The notes: generated from the sequence alone by a model not told the origin. Shown: positions 31,371-42,039, counted from the stretch's first letter. The stretch is DNA of 64,000 bases from Phycisphaeraceae bacterium (GCA_963674705.1 OY771506.1:4736001-4800000), one strand, 5' to 3'. Translations and numbers: made by a program.

Positions 31371-33152
31371 ATGCAGCGATCTGCCACAAGCGCCTGGTCT
31401 GTGTATCGACGCCTGATGATCGAAGCCAGACCGCAATGGCCGATGATCGGTGCGTTGCTGCTGTTGTACCTTTCCGCCATCCCATTAAAGTTGCTGACCC
31501 CCCTGCCGATCAAGATCGGCATCGACAGCGTGATCGAGCAGAAGCCGTTGCCGGGTGTGCTGGACCCGTTCGTGCCGGACTCCGTATCGGACCAGACCGG
31601 ATCGTTACTTGTATTGGCAGCGGGTCTGCTGCTGAGCATCACGCTTATCCAGTATGTACACGCGATGGGGATCTGGCTGCTGCACACCTGGGTTGGGCAA
31701 AAGCTGCTGGTCGCATTTCGTGCAAAACTCTTCCGTCATCTACAACGGCTGTCGCTGCGTTACCACGCCGACAAGGGTAGCGGCGATTCGATCTACCGGG
31801 TGTTGCAGGATGCGCCTTCGATCCAGTGGATCGCGATCGATGGGTTGATCCCTTTCATCTCAGATATGCTGATGGTGCTGGCGATGATCAGTGTGATTGC
31901 CATTCTGGATTATACGATCGCGCTGGTCGCGGTGGGCGTGGCGCCGATTCTGTTCGTGCTTGCCCGGCGAAGCAGTCGGCGGTTGCGCGACGAGTGGGAC
32001 CAGGCAAAGCGCGTTGAAAGTGATGCGATCAATGTCGTGCAAGAGACAGTCGGCGCTTTACAGGTGGTCAAAGCGTTCGGACGGGAAGACAAACAACTCG
32101 AGCGTTTTGTCGATGCGTCCCTGATGGGTAGCCGTAAGCAGATGCGCGTGGCTTGGTTGAAGGGTTCGTTTGATGTCGGGGTGGGTGCAACGATCGGCTT
32201 CGGGTCTGCGGCGACGCTCTACCTGGGGGTGCAGCACGTGCTGGGCGGCGGCCTGACTCTCGGCAACCTGCTGGTGATCATCACGTACCTGACACAATTG
32301 TTCGGCCCGATGGAGCGGATCAGTAAGAAGGTGGCGGACCTGCAGTCTTCCGTCGCCGGTGCTCAGCGTGCGTTCGACCTGCTTGATCAAGCACCTGATG
32401 TGGAAGAAAAACAGGACGCGGTAGCGATGTCCCGAGCGGCCGGCAAAATCGAATTGTGTAACGTAATGTTTGCTTACAAACCGGGCATACCCGTGCTTAA
32501 CGGCGTCAACTTGAAGCTTGAACCGGGTGAGCGCGTCGGGATCGTCGGGCGGACAGGTGCAGGCAAATCCACATTCGTGGGTTTGCTGATGCGCTTTTAT
32601 GACGCGGACGACGGGCAGGTGCTGATCGACGGGATTGATGTCCGAGACATCAAGGTTGCGGACCTGCGGAGTCAGTTCGCGATGGTGCTTCAGGACCCGG
32701 TGTTATTCTCGACGACGGTGTATGAGAACATCGCGTATGCCCGGCCCGACGCGACACCGCAGCAGGTGATGGAAGCGGCAAAAGCAGCGTATGCGCATGA
32801 CTTTATCAGCAATATGCCGCAAGGCTACGACACCGAGGTCGGCGAGCGAGGCCTGTTCCTGTCAGGCGGGGAACGGCAACGCGTCGCGCTGGCGCGCGCG
32901 TTTCTCAAAGACGCACCGATCCTGATCCTGGACGAACCGACCAGCGCGGTGGATAACAAAACCGAGTCGCTGATCATGGAAGCGTTGGACCGTCTGATGG
33001 AAGGGCGCACCACGCTCATGATCGCGCACCGTACGCAGACACTGTCTACCTGTGGACGCATCCTCAAAGTTGAGCACGGCAATATCACGACGACTGAACT
33101 TGCCCCCGAGGCTGTCGCAACTGTGGATCAAGGAGGGCAGAGCCTTGAGTGA
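31371..33152 (+). CDS. ABC exporter, fused TMD-NBD (MsbA-like)
   Basis: TM domain; GRTGAGKS, LSGGERQR, LDEPTS, IAHR. Confidence 0.93.
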   Translation: MQRSATSAWSVYRRLMIEARPQWPMIGALLLLYLSAIPLKLLTPLPIKIGIDSVIEQKPLPGVLDPFVPDSVSDQTGSLLVLAAGLLLSITLIQYVHAMGIWLLHTWVGQKLLVAFRAKLFRHLQRLSLRYHADKGSGDSIYRVLQDAPSIQWIAIDGLIPFISDMLMVLAMISVIAILDYTIALVAVGVAPILFVLARRSSRRLRDEWDQAKRVESDAINVVQETVGALQVVKAFGREDKQLERFVDASLMGSRKQMRVAWLKGSFDVGVGATIGFGSAATLYLGVQHVLGGGLTLGNLLVIITYLTQLFGPMERISKKVADLQSSVAGAQRAFDLLDQAPDVEEKQDAVAMSRAAGKIELCNVMFAYKPGIPVLNGVNLKLEPGERVGIVGRTGAGKSTFVGLLMRFYDADDGQVLIDGIDVRDIKVADLRSQFAMVLQDPVLFSTTVYENIAYARPDATPQQVMEAAKAAYAHDFISNMPQGYDTEVGERGLFLSGGERQRVALARAFLKDAPILILDEPTSAVDNKTESLIMEALDRLMEGRTTLMIAHRTQTLSTCGRILKVEHGNITTTELAPEAVATVDQGGQSLE

Positions 33153-34341
33153 TTCCGGTCTGCGGATCATTGTTTCGGGCCTGATCGCGCAGTACCCGCT
33201 GGGCGGTGTGGCGTGGGACTATCTGCAATACGTCGTGGGTCTGGCTCGGTTGGGGCATGATGTGTATTACATCGAAGATACCGGGCAGTGGCCCTACAAC
33301 CCCGAAGAGGCGGGGACCGCAAAGTCGTGCGATTACAACGTGCGTTATCTGCGTGAAGTACTTGGGCGGTTCGGTCTTGAAGATCGATTTGCGTACTGTT
33401 TCCCATGGGGGCCGACCTGGCACGGGATGCCGGATGCTCAACGCCAGGATGTTATTGATTCAGCCGACCTGCTGATCAACGTCTCCGGCGTCTTGTATCA
33501 CCCCGGTAATTACCGATCAGCCAAGCGCATGGCTTATATCGATTCGGATCCGATGTTTACACAGCTTAAGGTCGCTAAGGGCCAACACGAACTCAAGCAG
33601 TCGATCGATCAGCATGATGTGCAGTTCACTTTCGGTGAATGTCTGTCTGAACGCGTGCCGTCAACGGGTCATCATTGGCGACCAACCCGACAGCCTGTAT
33701 TGCTTGATCAGTGGAAGTCCACCGAGTCTACTCGCCGAACCTACACCACGGTCATGAACTGGACAAGCTACAAGGATATCGAGTTCAACGGTGCGCGGTA
33801 TGGGCAAAAAGACAGGCAGATGCTCGAGGTGCTTGACCTGCCCGGCAGGATCGGAGATGTGCATATAGAGTTGGCCATCGCTTCGGGTAAGACACGCAGG
33901 CCACCGATTAATCGGTTACGCCACCATGGCTGGCTGGTGGTTGATCCGGACGAGGTGTGCAACGGTTTTGATAGTTACCGTGACTATATCCAGCAATCAC
34001 GAGGCGAATGGAGTGTCGCCAAACATGGATATGTTGCCGGGCGCACAGGATGGTTCAGTTGCCGTTCCGCCTGCTATCTTGCCGCAGGGCGTCCAGTGAT
34101 CGTGCAGGACACCGGTTTTTCTGAAATGATGCCGATAGGTGAAGGCGTGCTCGCGTTCGATGACGTGGAGGGTGCGGCGGACGCGATCCGCACGGTCGAG
34201 TCCCATTACGACAAACACTGCAAAGCCGCCCGTGCATTTGCCGTAGAATACTTTGACTCGGACAAGGTGTTGAACCAACTCGTAGAACAAACCATGAACA
34301 GCCCGGCCAAACACAAGTCGGGGTGTGAGGTAGAACAATGA
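33145..34341 (+). CDS. GT-B-fold glycosyltransferase-like protein, paralog 1
   Basis: PLGG..W.YLQY..GL..LGH.V.Y.ED; ID.DP.FTQ; GWFS.RSACYLA.GRPV.VQDTGF. TTG start with GGAGG upstream. Confidence 0.75.
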   Translation: MSDSGLRIIVSGLIAQYPLGGVAWDYLQYVVGLARLGHDVYYIEDTGQWPYNPEEAGTAKSCDYNVRYLREVLGRFGLEDRFAYCFPWGPTWHGMPDAQRQDVIDSADLLINVSGVLYHPGNYRSAKRMAYIDSDPMFTQLKVAKGQHELKQSIDQHDVQFTFGECLSERVPSTGHHWRPTRQPVLLDQWKSTESTRRTYTTVMNWTSYKDIEFNGARYGQKDRQMLEVLDLPGRIGDVHIELAIASGKTRRPPINRLRHHGWLVVDPDEVCNGFDSYRDYIQQSRGEWSVAKHGYVAGRTGWFSCRSACYLAAGRPVIVQDTGFSEMMPIGEGVLAFDDVEGAADAIRTVESHYDKHCKAARAFAVEYFDSDKVLNQLVEQTMNSPAKHKSGCEVEQ

Positions 34342-35237
34342 AGGCGCTGTTGGCAGGCTGGTTCAGTTTCGAGCAAATGGGCGCGACCGCCGGTGATCTG
34401 TTGTGCCGGAACCTTGTGCATCAATGGTTGACGTCAGCGCGGATCAACCATGACGTCGCGGTGGCAGAGCCTTTTACAGACGGTATTGACTGGCGCGGTG
34501 TTGATCCGAAGGCATATACGCATCTCGTGTTTGTCTGCGGACCGGTCGGCAACGGCCCACCCGTGGATGAGATGTTTGCTGCGTTCGCTCATTGTCGGAT
34601 GGTCGGTGTGAATCTGTCGATGCTTCAGAACCTCGACGAGTGGAATCCTTTTGAATTGCTGATCGAACGGGACAGTTCGCGCGAAGCTCGGCCGGACATG
34701 GTCTTCCTCACGCAACAGCCTCCGGTACCGGTGATCGGATTGGTCCTGGTCCACCCGCAAGGTGAATACGGCAACAGGGCGATGCACAAAGAAGCAAACG
34801 CTGTTATCAAAGAAGTATTAGACGGTTTCGAGGCATCTATCGTACCGATCGACACACGTCTGGATGAGAATGCCTGTGGATTAAGAACTGCAAGTGAAGT
34901 CGAATCAATAATCGCGCGGATGGATGCGGTGGTGACCACTCGGCTGCACGGCTTGGTTCTGTCGATCAAGAACGGGGTTCCTGTTGTTGCGGTCGATCCG
35001 ATACGTGGGGGCGCGAAAATTGTAAGGCAAGGGCAATCGATTCACTGGCCGTTCGTCACATCGGCCGATGCATTAGATAAGCAGCAACTCACAGACTGGA
35101 TCACGCATTGCCTAACAACCGAAGCATGCGAAGAAGCACAACGATGTGCCGCCGCTGCTAAAGATCAATTGTCAGAGGTTCATGAGCGGTTCATCGCGGT
35201 ATTTGATCAACACCCAACCAGCGCGGGATCATCCTGA
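34338..35237 (+). CDS. Polysaccharide pyruvyl transferase-like protein
   Basis: N-terminal GW...GD motif; C-terminal VVTTRLHG.VLS...GVP.VAVD. Confidence 0.65.
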   Translation: MKALLAGWFSFEQMGATAGDLLCRNLVHQWLTSARINHDVAVAEPFTDGIDWRGVDPKAYTHLVFVCGPVGNGPPVDEMFAAFAHCRMVGVNLSMLQNLDEWNPFELLIERDSSREARPDMVFLTQQPPVPVIGLVLVHPQGEYGNRAMHKEANAVIKEVLDGFEASIVPIDTRLDENACGLRTASEVESIIARMDAVVTTRLHGLVLSIKNGVPVVAVDPIRGGAKIVRQGQSIHWPFVTSADALDKQQLTDWITHCLTTEACEEAQRCAAAAKDQLSEVHERFIAVFDQHPTSAGSS

Positions 35238-35238
35238 T

Positions 35239-36387
35239 ATGGCTCGGATTATCGTTGGGGTTTACATGTTCCGATACCCCCTTGGGGGGATGCTGTCCTG
35301 GGCGCTACAGTATCTGCGTGGATTGTCGGGATCAGGCCATGAGGTCTACGTTGTCGAAAAAGCCAACTATTCGCAGGCTTGTTACGACCCATCCAGGAAA
35401 ACGATGACCGATGATCCAAGCGAGGGGATCCGCATCGTAAATCAGCTGTTGAATGAAAATGGATTAGGTGATTGCTGGTGCATGGTCGATGTTCAAGGCA
35501 GGGCAAGCGGCCCAGCGGCACAGGTCATGAAAGAGCTGTTTCGTACTGCGGATTTATTTATCGATTGTGGTACTCACGGGGCGTGGCTCGATGAAGCGGC
35601 CGCCCTCCCCTGTCGAATCTTGATTGATGGCGAGCCTTCGTACACTCAGATGCGCTGGCAGATGCGGCGTGATGACAGTGAAACCTTACCGGCATACGAC
35701 CACTACTTTACGAACGGCTTGCTGTATGGAACTTCGGCATGTACCGCCCCTGCTATCGATAAGACTTGGTTGCCGATCCCGAATCCCGTAGATACGACCT
35801 TCTACAAACCTGTCCCGGAGCCGGACAATCGTACGTATACCACCGTTATGAATTGGAGTTCGCATCAAACGATCACATACAAAGGCGAGAATTACGGACA
35901 AAAAGATGTGGAATTCGAGAAGTTCATCACGCTGCCCTGCAAGACGGATTGCCGGATGGAGGTGGCGGTGGCTGGCAATAACGTCCCCGTCGAACGGCTC
36001 AGGGCAAACGACTGGCATGTTCGTGATGCACACGAAGTGACACACACACTCGATGCTTACCGTTCATATATCGTACAATCAGCCGGTGAATTCGGTGTGT
36101 GCAAACAAGTATTTGTAGCGACACATAATGGTTGGTTCAGTGATCGCAGCGCCGCTTATCTTGCTTCGGGACGTCCGGTGATTTTGCAGGATACAGGCTT
36201 CAGCAAGGTGCTGCCGACGGGTAAAGGTTTGTTTGCGGTCAATACTGTAGAAGAAGCGGTTGCATCATTGGAATCCATCTCCGCCGATTACAAGAAACAC
36301 TCACGTGCGGCACGCGAAGTCGCCGAAAAGTATCTCGATGCGAAAGCAGTCATGGGAGGTGTCCTGGATGCTGTCGGGATCAGGTAA
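35239..36387 (+). CDS. GT-B-fold glycosyltransferase-like protein, paralog 2
   Basis: PLGGM.SW.LQY..GL...GHEV; YTTVMNW; YGQK; GWFSDRSA.YLASGRPV.LQDTGF. Confidence 0.75.
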   Translation: MARIIVGVYMFRYPLGGMLSWALQYLRGLSGSGHEVYVVEKANYSQACYDPSRKTMTDDPSEGIRIVNQLLNENGLGDCWCMVDVQGRASGPAAQVMKELFRTADLFIDCGTHGAWLDEAAALPCRILIDGEPSYTQMRWQMRRDDSETLPAYDHYFTNGLLYGTSACTAPAIDKTWLPIPNPVDTTFYKPVPEPDNRTYTTVMNWSSHQTITYKGENYGQKDVEFEKFITLPCKTDCRMEVAVAGNNVPVERLRANDWHVRDAHEVTHTLDAYRSYIVQSAGEFGVCKQVFVATHNGWFSDRSAAYLASGRPVILQDTGFSKVLPTGKGLFAVNTVEEAVASLESISADYKKHSRAAREVAEKYLDAKAVMGGVLDAVGIR

Positions 36388-37552
36388 ATCACGAAAGCCC
36401 AAACGTATCGTTGTCATGGTATACGTCGTGCGCTGTCCGCTTGGCGGGATGGCATGGCATTACCTTCAATATGCCATGGGTCTGAAGCGGTTGGGTCACG
36501 AGGTCCTGGTTTATGAAGACAGCGAAGATTATGCCTGCTGTTATGACCCTAGCCGTCACGTGACTGATACAGATACGGTTTACGGGCTGAAGTTTGCACG
36601 AGATGTCTACCAGAAGACCGGACTCGGTGACAACTGGGCTTACTACGATGCACATACCAACCGATGGCATGGTGAACGGGCTGCCGATGCGATCGACTTC
36701 TGTGCCGGCGCGGACATGCTGATCAACATCTCTGGTTCCAATCCGATCAGACCCTGGCTGCAATCGATCCCCCAGCGCGTCTTTATTGATACCGATCCCG
36801 TTTTCGAACAAGTACGCCAACTGACGGTGCCTGAAAGATACAACAGGGCTAAGGCACACAATGTGTTTTTTACATTCGGCGAGAACGTCAGATCATCGCG
36901 AGGATCGGTCCCGGATGATGGTTGGCCGTGGAAACCGACAAGACAGCCGATCGTTCTGGACACGTGGCCGGTGTTACCGCTGCCGGATGCGAACAGGTTC
37001 ACGACTGTCATGCAGTGGGACAGCTACCCCGCCCGTGAATACGAAGGGAAAAAGTATGGCCTGAAAGCCCAGTCATTTGATCCGTACTTCGAACTGCCTG
37101 CCTTATGCAGCGGCGCGCAACTTGAGCTTGCTCTGGGCAGTCCCGATGCACCACGCGATCGATTGATCGAACTGGGTTGGCGGCTGAGTGACCCTTTGGC
37201 AGCGACACTGGACCCCTGGTCATATCAGTCATTCATACAACACTCACTCGGTGAGTTCAGCGTAGCGAAACACGGATATGTCGTGGCCCATACGGGTTGG
37301 TTCAGCGAACGGTCGGCCTGCTACCTTGCGTCGGGCAGACCCGTCGTTGTACAAGACACCGGTTTTAGCGGACACATGCCAACCGGCCGGGGCCTACTCT
37401 CCTTCACGACACCGGCCCAAGCGGCAGCGTGCATCAGCAGTGTCATAGCCGATCCGCAGGATCACAGCGCCGCCGCTCGCGAGATTGCCGAACAGTACTT
37501 TGATTCGGACGTGGTCCTTGGCAAACTCCTGGATGAAATGGAAACAAAGTAA
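36368..37552 (+). CDS. GT-B-fold glycosyltransferase-like protein, paralog 3
   Basis: PLGGMAWHYLQY..GL..LGHEV; IDTDP.F.Q; FTTVMQW; GWFSERSACYLASGRPV.VQDTGF. Confidence 0.75.
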   Translation: MLSGSGKSRKPKRIVVMVYVVRCPLGGMAWHYLQYAMGLKRLGHEVLVYEDSEDYACCYDPSRHVTDTDTVYGLKFARDVYQKTGLGDNWAYYDAHTNRWHGERAADAIDFCAGADMLINISGSNPIRPWLQSIPQRVFIDTDPVFEQVRQLTVPERYNRAKAHNVFFTFGENVRSSRGSVPDDGWPWKPTRQPIVLDTWPVLPLPDANRFTTVMQWDSYPAREYEGKKYGLKAQSFDPYFELPALCSGAQLELALGSPDAPRDRLIELGWRLSDPLAATLDPWSYQSFIQHSLGEFSVAKHGYVVAHTGWFSERSACYLASGRPVVVQDTGFSGHMPTGRGLLSFTTPAQAAACISSVIADPQDHSAAAREIAEQYFDSDVVLGKLLDEMETK

Positions 37553-39121
37553 GTGAGTCCGACACGAGACATCCCCAACCGCGTGGCGATCATGATTCTG
37601 ATCGGGATCATGATACTATCTGCTTGGATGCGTTTCGATGGGATGGGGCGTTTTTCATTCTGGACGGATGAAATGTACCACGTGATCGGGGCCCAATCCA
37701 TGCTCGAATGTGGTGAGCCGGTCGTTCCTGGTCTCTATACTTATTGGCGTGCGTTTGTTGTCACGGGCATGACGGCTATCAGCTTCGAAGCATTCGGTGT
37801 GAGTGAATGGTCTGCTCGTTTACCTTTTGCAATCATATCACTGTGTATGCTTGGCGTAGTGTACATGGTGCTTCAGTCCCGCTTTTCGCGCATGATCGCC
37901 CTAGCAACAACAGTATTTATTGCTTTCTCTCCACAGTTCCTCCAAATCGGCCGTGAATGCAGGATGTATGCGCCATTTTCACTTTTGTACTTTGTAGGCG
38001 TATTTGTTGCTTTTCACATGATGGAGATCAATCTCGAATCGATCAAACGCCATCCTGTTAAAGCAGTGATAGCAGTACTGGCAGCCGCGGTACTCTTTGC
38101 CCTGACCTTTTCACTGCAGAATCTGGCCGTAAACATCGGTATTACCTTCGCATGTTACAGTTTTGTAATGATCGGCTACCTTATGGTTGCCAAAGGACCA
38201 GGCAGTACAATCCGGTCAAGATATGTCTTGGCTATTGGATTACTCTGTACCGCGGTGGTTGGATGCGTTCTGTTAACACCATCCATTGCGTCTAATCTCA
38301 TTGAACTGCTGCGTACTAAAATGGACTGGGACACGCGAGGTAAGCCCTCGTCCTTCTGCCTCTGGTTTTTTAATTACTACTATCCAACCGCCTGGTATCT
38401 CTATCCCATCGGCGCGGTCATCCTGATCCGCCAATATGGGCGACTCGGTGTGTTCATGGTTTGCGCGTTCCTGCCACTGCTGCTGGCGCATATGTACATA
38501 TTCACGTCACGAATCGCAGAAAGGTATTTTATTTACATCCTGCCGTTCTTTTTCCTTACCTCGGCAACCGTAATCGAAGCACTGATCTGGGGCGTTGTCG
38601 GCTGGATCCGTAACCTTTGGCAAACCAAAGCAAAAGTCGCTGCAATTGCCACAGCATGCTGCGCCTTGCCGGCCGCATGGATTTTTATCCATCCATGGCT
38701 TGGTTATTCGTTGGAATTAAGACGCTACGGCATGGGTCCTGACTGGAAACAGATCGCACCCGATCTGGAGCAGGCCTGTAACACAGGAATTGTCATCACC
38801 AATTGGCCACGTGAGGTACTGTATTACGGGGGACGTTTCCCCGATTACTTCGCGACACAAACCTATGAATACACGGGCGAACCCGACCATGTGGTAGCAA
38901 TTGGTGATAGAACAGTACAAGTGAAGTATTTGTCCGACGCAGAACGGCTTATCAACATCATAAACTCGGAACCTGAAGTCTATTTCATCACCACCGATTG
39001 GGCCTACTCAAATGATGCCTTCCTTAACAAATCGATCCGTGACGTCATACAAGAAAATATGAGGGAGATTACGTTCGTAGCTTCTGGAAATGATCGGATC
39101 GTAATCTATCAATCGAAATAA
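37553..39121 (+). CDS. GT-C membrane glycosyltransferase (ArnT/PMT_2, GT39/83-like)
   Basis: R......SFW.DE after TM1; FG.SEWSARLP; FSP; R.Y; RY..YILP; periplasmic C-terminal domain. Confidence 0.85.
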   Translation: MSPTRDIPNRVAIMILIGIMILSAWMRFDGMGRFSFWTDEMYHVIGAQSMLECGEPVVPGLYTYWRAFVVTGMTAISFEAFGVSEWSARLPFAIISLCMLGVVYMVLQSRFSRMIALATTVFIAFSPQFLQIGRECRMYAPFSLLYFVGVFVAFHMMEINLESIKRHPVKAVIAVLAAAVLFALTFSLQNLAVNIGITFACYSFVMIGYLMVAKGPGSTIRSRYVLAIGLLCTAVVGCVLLTPSIASNLIELLRTKMDWDTRGKPSSFCLWFFNYYYPTAWYLYPIGAVILIRQYGRLGVFMVCAFLPLLLAHMYIFTSRIAERYFIYILPFFFLTSATVIEALIWGVVGWIRNLWQTKAKVAAIATACCALPAAWIFIHPWLGYSLELRRYGMGPDWKQIAPDLEQACNTGIVITNWPREVLYYGGRFPDYFATQTYEYTGEPDHVVAIGDRTVQVKYLSDAERLINIINSEPEVYFITTDWAYSNDAFLNKSIRDVIQENMREITFVASGNDRIVIYQSK

Positions 39122-39125
39122 CAGA

Positions 39126-39870
39126 GGGTCTTAGGAAGCCTACGGGTCAGTAAACTGTATCTGGCCCTATGAATACCGGCAAAAACAAGTACTACCGCCG
39201 TTCCCGTATTTCGACCAAGGTCTTTCGGCGTCTGATTCGCGCCTTTGCCATGGACCTGACGGCCACCGATGCGGCGGCGTTGACCGGCCTGAGCGTGCGT
39301 TCAGTCAACGCGATCTACCTCAAGGTGCGTCGACGCATCGCCGAGTACTGTGAATCGCAAAACCCCTTCCGGGGGAAGTGGAAGTCGACGAGTCCTACTT
39401 CGGTCCCAAGCGTGTCCGTGGCAAACGCGGCCGGGGTGCCGGGGGCAAGACCATCGTCTTCGGGATCTTTAAACGCAACGGCCACGTCTACACCGAGACC
39501 GTGCCCGATGCACGCAAAAAGACTTTAATTCAAGCGATTCGCGGGCGTGTCGACCTTGAAAGCATCGTCCATTCCGACGGCTGGCGTGGCTACGACGGCC
39601 TGGTCGATGTCGGCTACGCCAAACACCTGCGCGTCAGTCACGGCGACAACGAGTTCGCCAACGAGCGTTCACACATCAACGGCATCGAGAGCTTCTGGGC
39701 CTACGCCAAACACCGCCTCGCCCGGTTCAAAGGCGTGCCCAAACATACGTTCTACCTGCACCTGAAAGAGACCGAATTCCGATTCAACCACCGCCGTGGC
39801 AATCTCTACCAAGCCGTGCTAAAACTACTGCGAGACAACCCGATTTAGACCCGTAGGCTTCCTAAGACCC
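39126..39870 (+). mobile_element. IS1595-family element (IS1016-like); transposase frameshifted near 39370
   Basis: Perfect 23-bp IRs (GGGTCTTAGGAAGCCTACGGGTC). ORFs 39169-39528 and 39378-39848 carry RSRIS..F, EVDESYFG, HSDGW.GY, NGIESFW and E.EFRFN. Confidence 0.93.
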
Positions 39871-39880
39871 TTACAAATTT

Positions 39881-39965
39881 TGTAATCCTCCCCATCCTTA
39901 GCGCATCTAAAAGTAGAGGGGTTCATACTCCGTTGGGATTAGGGGAGGCGAGATGCTGAGGCCGG
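39881..39965 (+). repeat. 85-bp dispersed repeat, probable orphan IS left end (copy 1)
   Basis: 78/85 nt identical to 56940-57024 by manual alignment; begins TGTAAT; contains GGAGG + ATG. Confidence 0.8.
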
Positions 39966-40217
39966 CAGGCGCAGAAGCCGGGAGGCAAGCTGATCCGGTG
40001 CATCGGCTTGGCGCGGGCGCGTGTGGCGATCGGCCTGCGGAACCTGGTGTACAACCTGGAGCGTTACCCGAGGCTGGTCGCGGGTTGACGGCAAGCACCC
40101 AACGCGACAGCCGGACACCCCTGAAACGGCGGCAGGCCGAGGTCTTAGCGACCCGAGCCACCGCGTGACACGCGCCAGATTCTTGTCGCAGCGAAGAGGG
40201 GATTATTAGAGGTGGCC
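39966..40217 (+). mobile_element. IS5-family right-end remnant
   Basis: Translates QKPGGKLIRCIGLARARVAIGLRNLVYNLERY*, typical of an IS5 transposase C-terminus; followed by the IR-like end TTATTAGAGGTGGCC. Confidence 0.7.
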
Positions 40218-40392
40218 ATATATTTTTGATCAGTTTGTGCCATCACTTCGCACACACAAGGGTTAGTCTATTATGGGCCAGCATCTAGACGGCAATCTTG
40301 ACAACAATATTGCGGCCACAACCCACTGGGCGAGCACAGCATTAAACATATATCGCCAGTTGTGAATTTGTATCCTGAAGTGTAGATCCACA

Positions 40393-42039
40393 TCAGCTGC
40401 GCCAGAGGATATGACAACGGGTTAAGCACATGACAATCAGTGCAAGCAACAATGTCTGAAGAATCGACCATATTAAAAGCATCCAAGACGAACCACCGAG
40501 GATGTGTACCATAATGCCATTGATTGATCGGATATCAGTAAATGGCGCCAGGAATGGCAAAGAAATCAAGGGAACAAGCAGATTGCGGATGCCAACATAT
40601 GCCAGCATTGGATTTTGACCATTAGAAATGAACACGCCGAATGATTTAGACTGACCCAATACATCGATCCAGATCGTCATCGCACCGAGTAATAATACCG
40701 ATAGGCCAAGTGCAACAAAGTAATAACTCAACGGTACTGGCGGGCCTTTGGTTATCCCACCCTCAAAGGGTTCGAGCGTTAACCCGATAAACAACCATAC
40801 CAGCCCCCATACAAATACTGATCGCAACAGAAAATTCAACGGCGCAATACCATTATGTACAGTCACCCAGCCCACAGCCGCCAGTGGTATAACACCAATC
40901 CATGTCACCCAAGGCGTGAACAGTTTGAATTCACCAACCGCAACCAACACGCGACCGTGGCACTGCAATCCAACGAATACCCATACGATCAGCCCGACGA
41001 AGACCACACTCAAGCAGATATACCGCATAAAGCTCCATGAATGGTTTGATCCAATCTCGACCACTTCAAGTGAATCCTTGCCGATGTGCTTCATATAATC
41101 GATGAGCAGGTCACCAATGATTGTACCCGGAATGACTATGAATAAGAACTTGTACCATGTAAAGTCATAAAGCACCGACAGGTTTAATAAATTCGTGGGT
41201 ACATCCCAGGGCAGCACGCTATTGATCCAAGTGAGGTCCAGCATTTTGCCGGGAAGACTCGTAACCGGATCGGCCCACATCAGCCCGCCATACATTGCTT
41301 GATGATGTGCAAAGTATGGCACGATCAAGCAGAACAATCGTAGCCATGGGTGCTTGCGTGTGATGAGCCAGATCAACGATCCCACAATTGCCATATGTGC
41401 AAGCAACAGGATGATGATGTCATTTTGCGAAAAGCTGAAAGTGTCACCGTCGTTTAAGTTCAGACAGACAACCAAGCCAATACATGCCGCGACACCAATC
41501 GTACGGATCATGATCACGGCACCATAGTTAAACGTTCTGGGCAGCCGCATCAGAACAGGGAACAGTAGGACAAAACCAAGAAAACCGATCAACAAAGTAC
41601 CTGTCGTTGTCGGGCTTTCAATAAAGCTTGGCACAATCTGCTTGACATAGACTGCAAATCCAACCAAGGTTAATCCGCGCCAAATCACACCGAGTACTAC
41701 ATGCGATACGGGAACTGCTTTGTCTAACTTTTTACCAAGTGCAATTGGAAACGCCGTGCCCATCGCAAAAAGAAACAAAGGAAACACCCAGTCCACCCAA
41801 GTAAAACTTGACCACCAAGGACGATGCGTATGCGGATCTGCAACCAACTGCCAAACACCCGCATCATCCGGCATCCAGCGGGGATAATAGCCATGATACA
41901 TTGCATTGGGCAGACCTTCGGGAACGACTCCCGATAGGCACATCATCAGAATAGCCAAGCCACGTACTGCATCCAACGCCAAAACGCGAATTGCTTCAGG
42001 ACCGTTTGGCGTTCGGTTCAAATCTGGCATAAATGACAT
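40393..42039 (-). CDS. DUF5009 / HGSNAT(NagX)-like membrane acyltransferase
   Basis: R..ALDA.RG.AIL.M; MYH; FTWVD.VFP.FLF.MG.A; EGGI.K; GQNPMLAY; many TM helices. Confidence 0.85.
   Translation of the reverse strand: MSFMPDLNRTPNGPEAIRVLALDAVRGLAILMMCLSGVVPEGLPNAMYHGYYPRWMPDDAGVWQLVADPHTHRPWWSSFTWVDWVFPLFLFAMGTAFPIALGKKLDKAVPVSHVVLGVIWRGLTLVGFAVYVKQIVPSFIESPTTTGTLLIGFLGFVLLFPVLMRLPRTFNYGAVIMIRTIGVAACIGLVVCLNLNDGDTFSFSQNDIIILLLAHMAIVGSLIWLITRKHPWLRLFCLIVPYFAHHQAMYGGLMWADPVTSLPGKMLDLTWINSVLPWDVPTNLLNLSVLYDFTWYKFLFIVIPGTIIGDLLIDYMKHIGKDSLEVVEIGSNHSWSFMRYICLSVVFVGLIVWVFVGLQCHGRVLVAVGEFKLFTPWVTWIGVIPLAAVGWVTVHNGIAPLNFLLRSVFVWGLVWLFIGLTLEPFEGGITKGPPVPLSYYFVALGLSVLLLGAMTIWIDVLGQSKSFGVFISNGQNPMLAYVGIRNLLVPLISLPFLAPFTDIRSINGIMVHILGGSSWMLLIWSILQTLLLALIVMCLTRCHILWRS

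Noticed and set aside
39360..39385. Programmed frameshift in the IS1595 transposase
   Set aside because: IS1595-family transposases are normally single ORFs; a mutation or sequencing indel in the short G/C runs is more likely.
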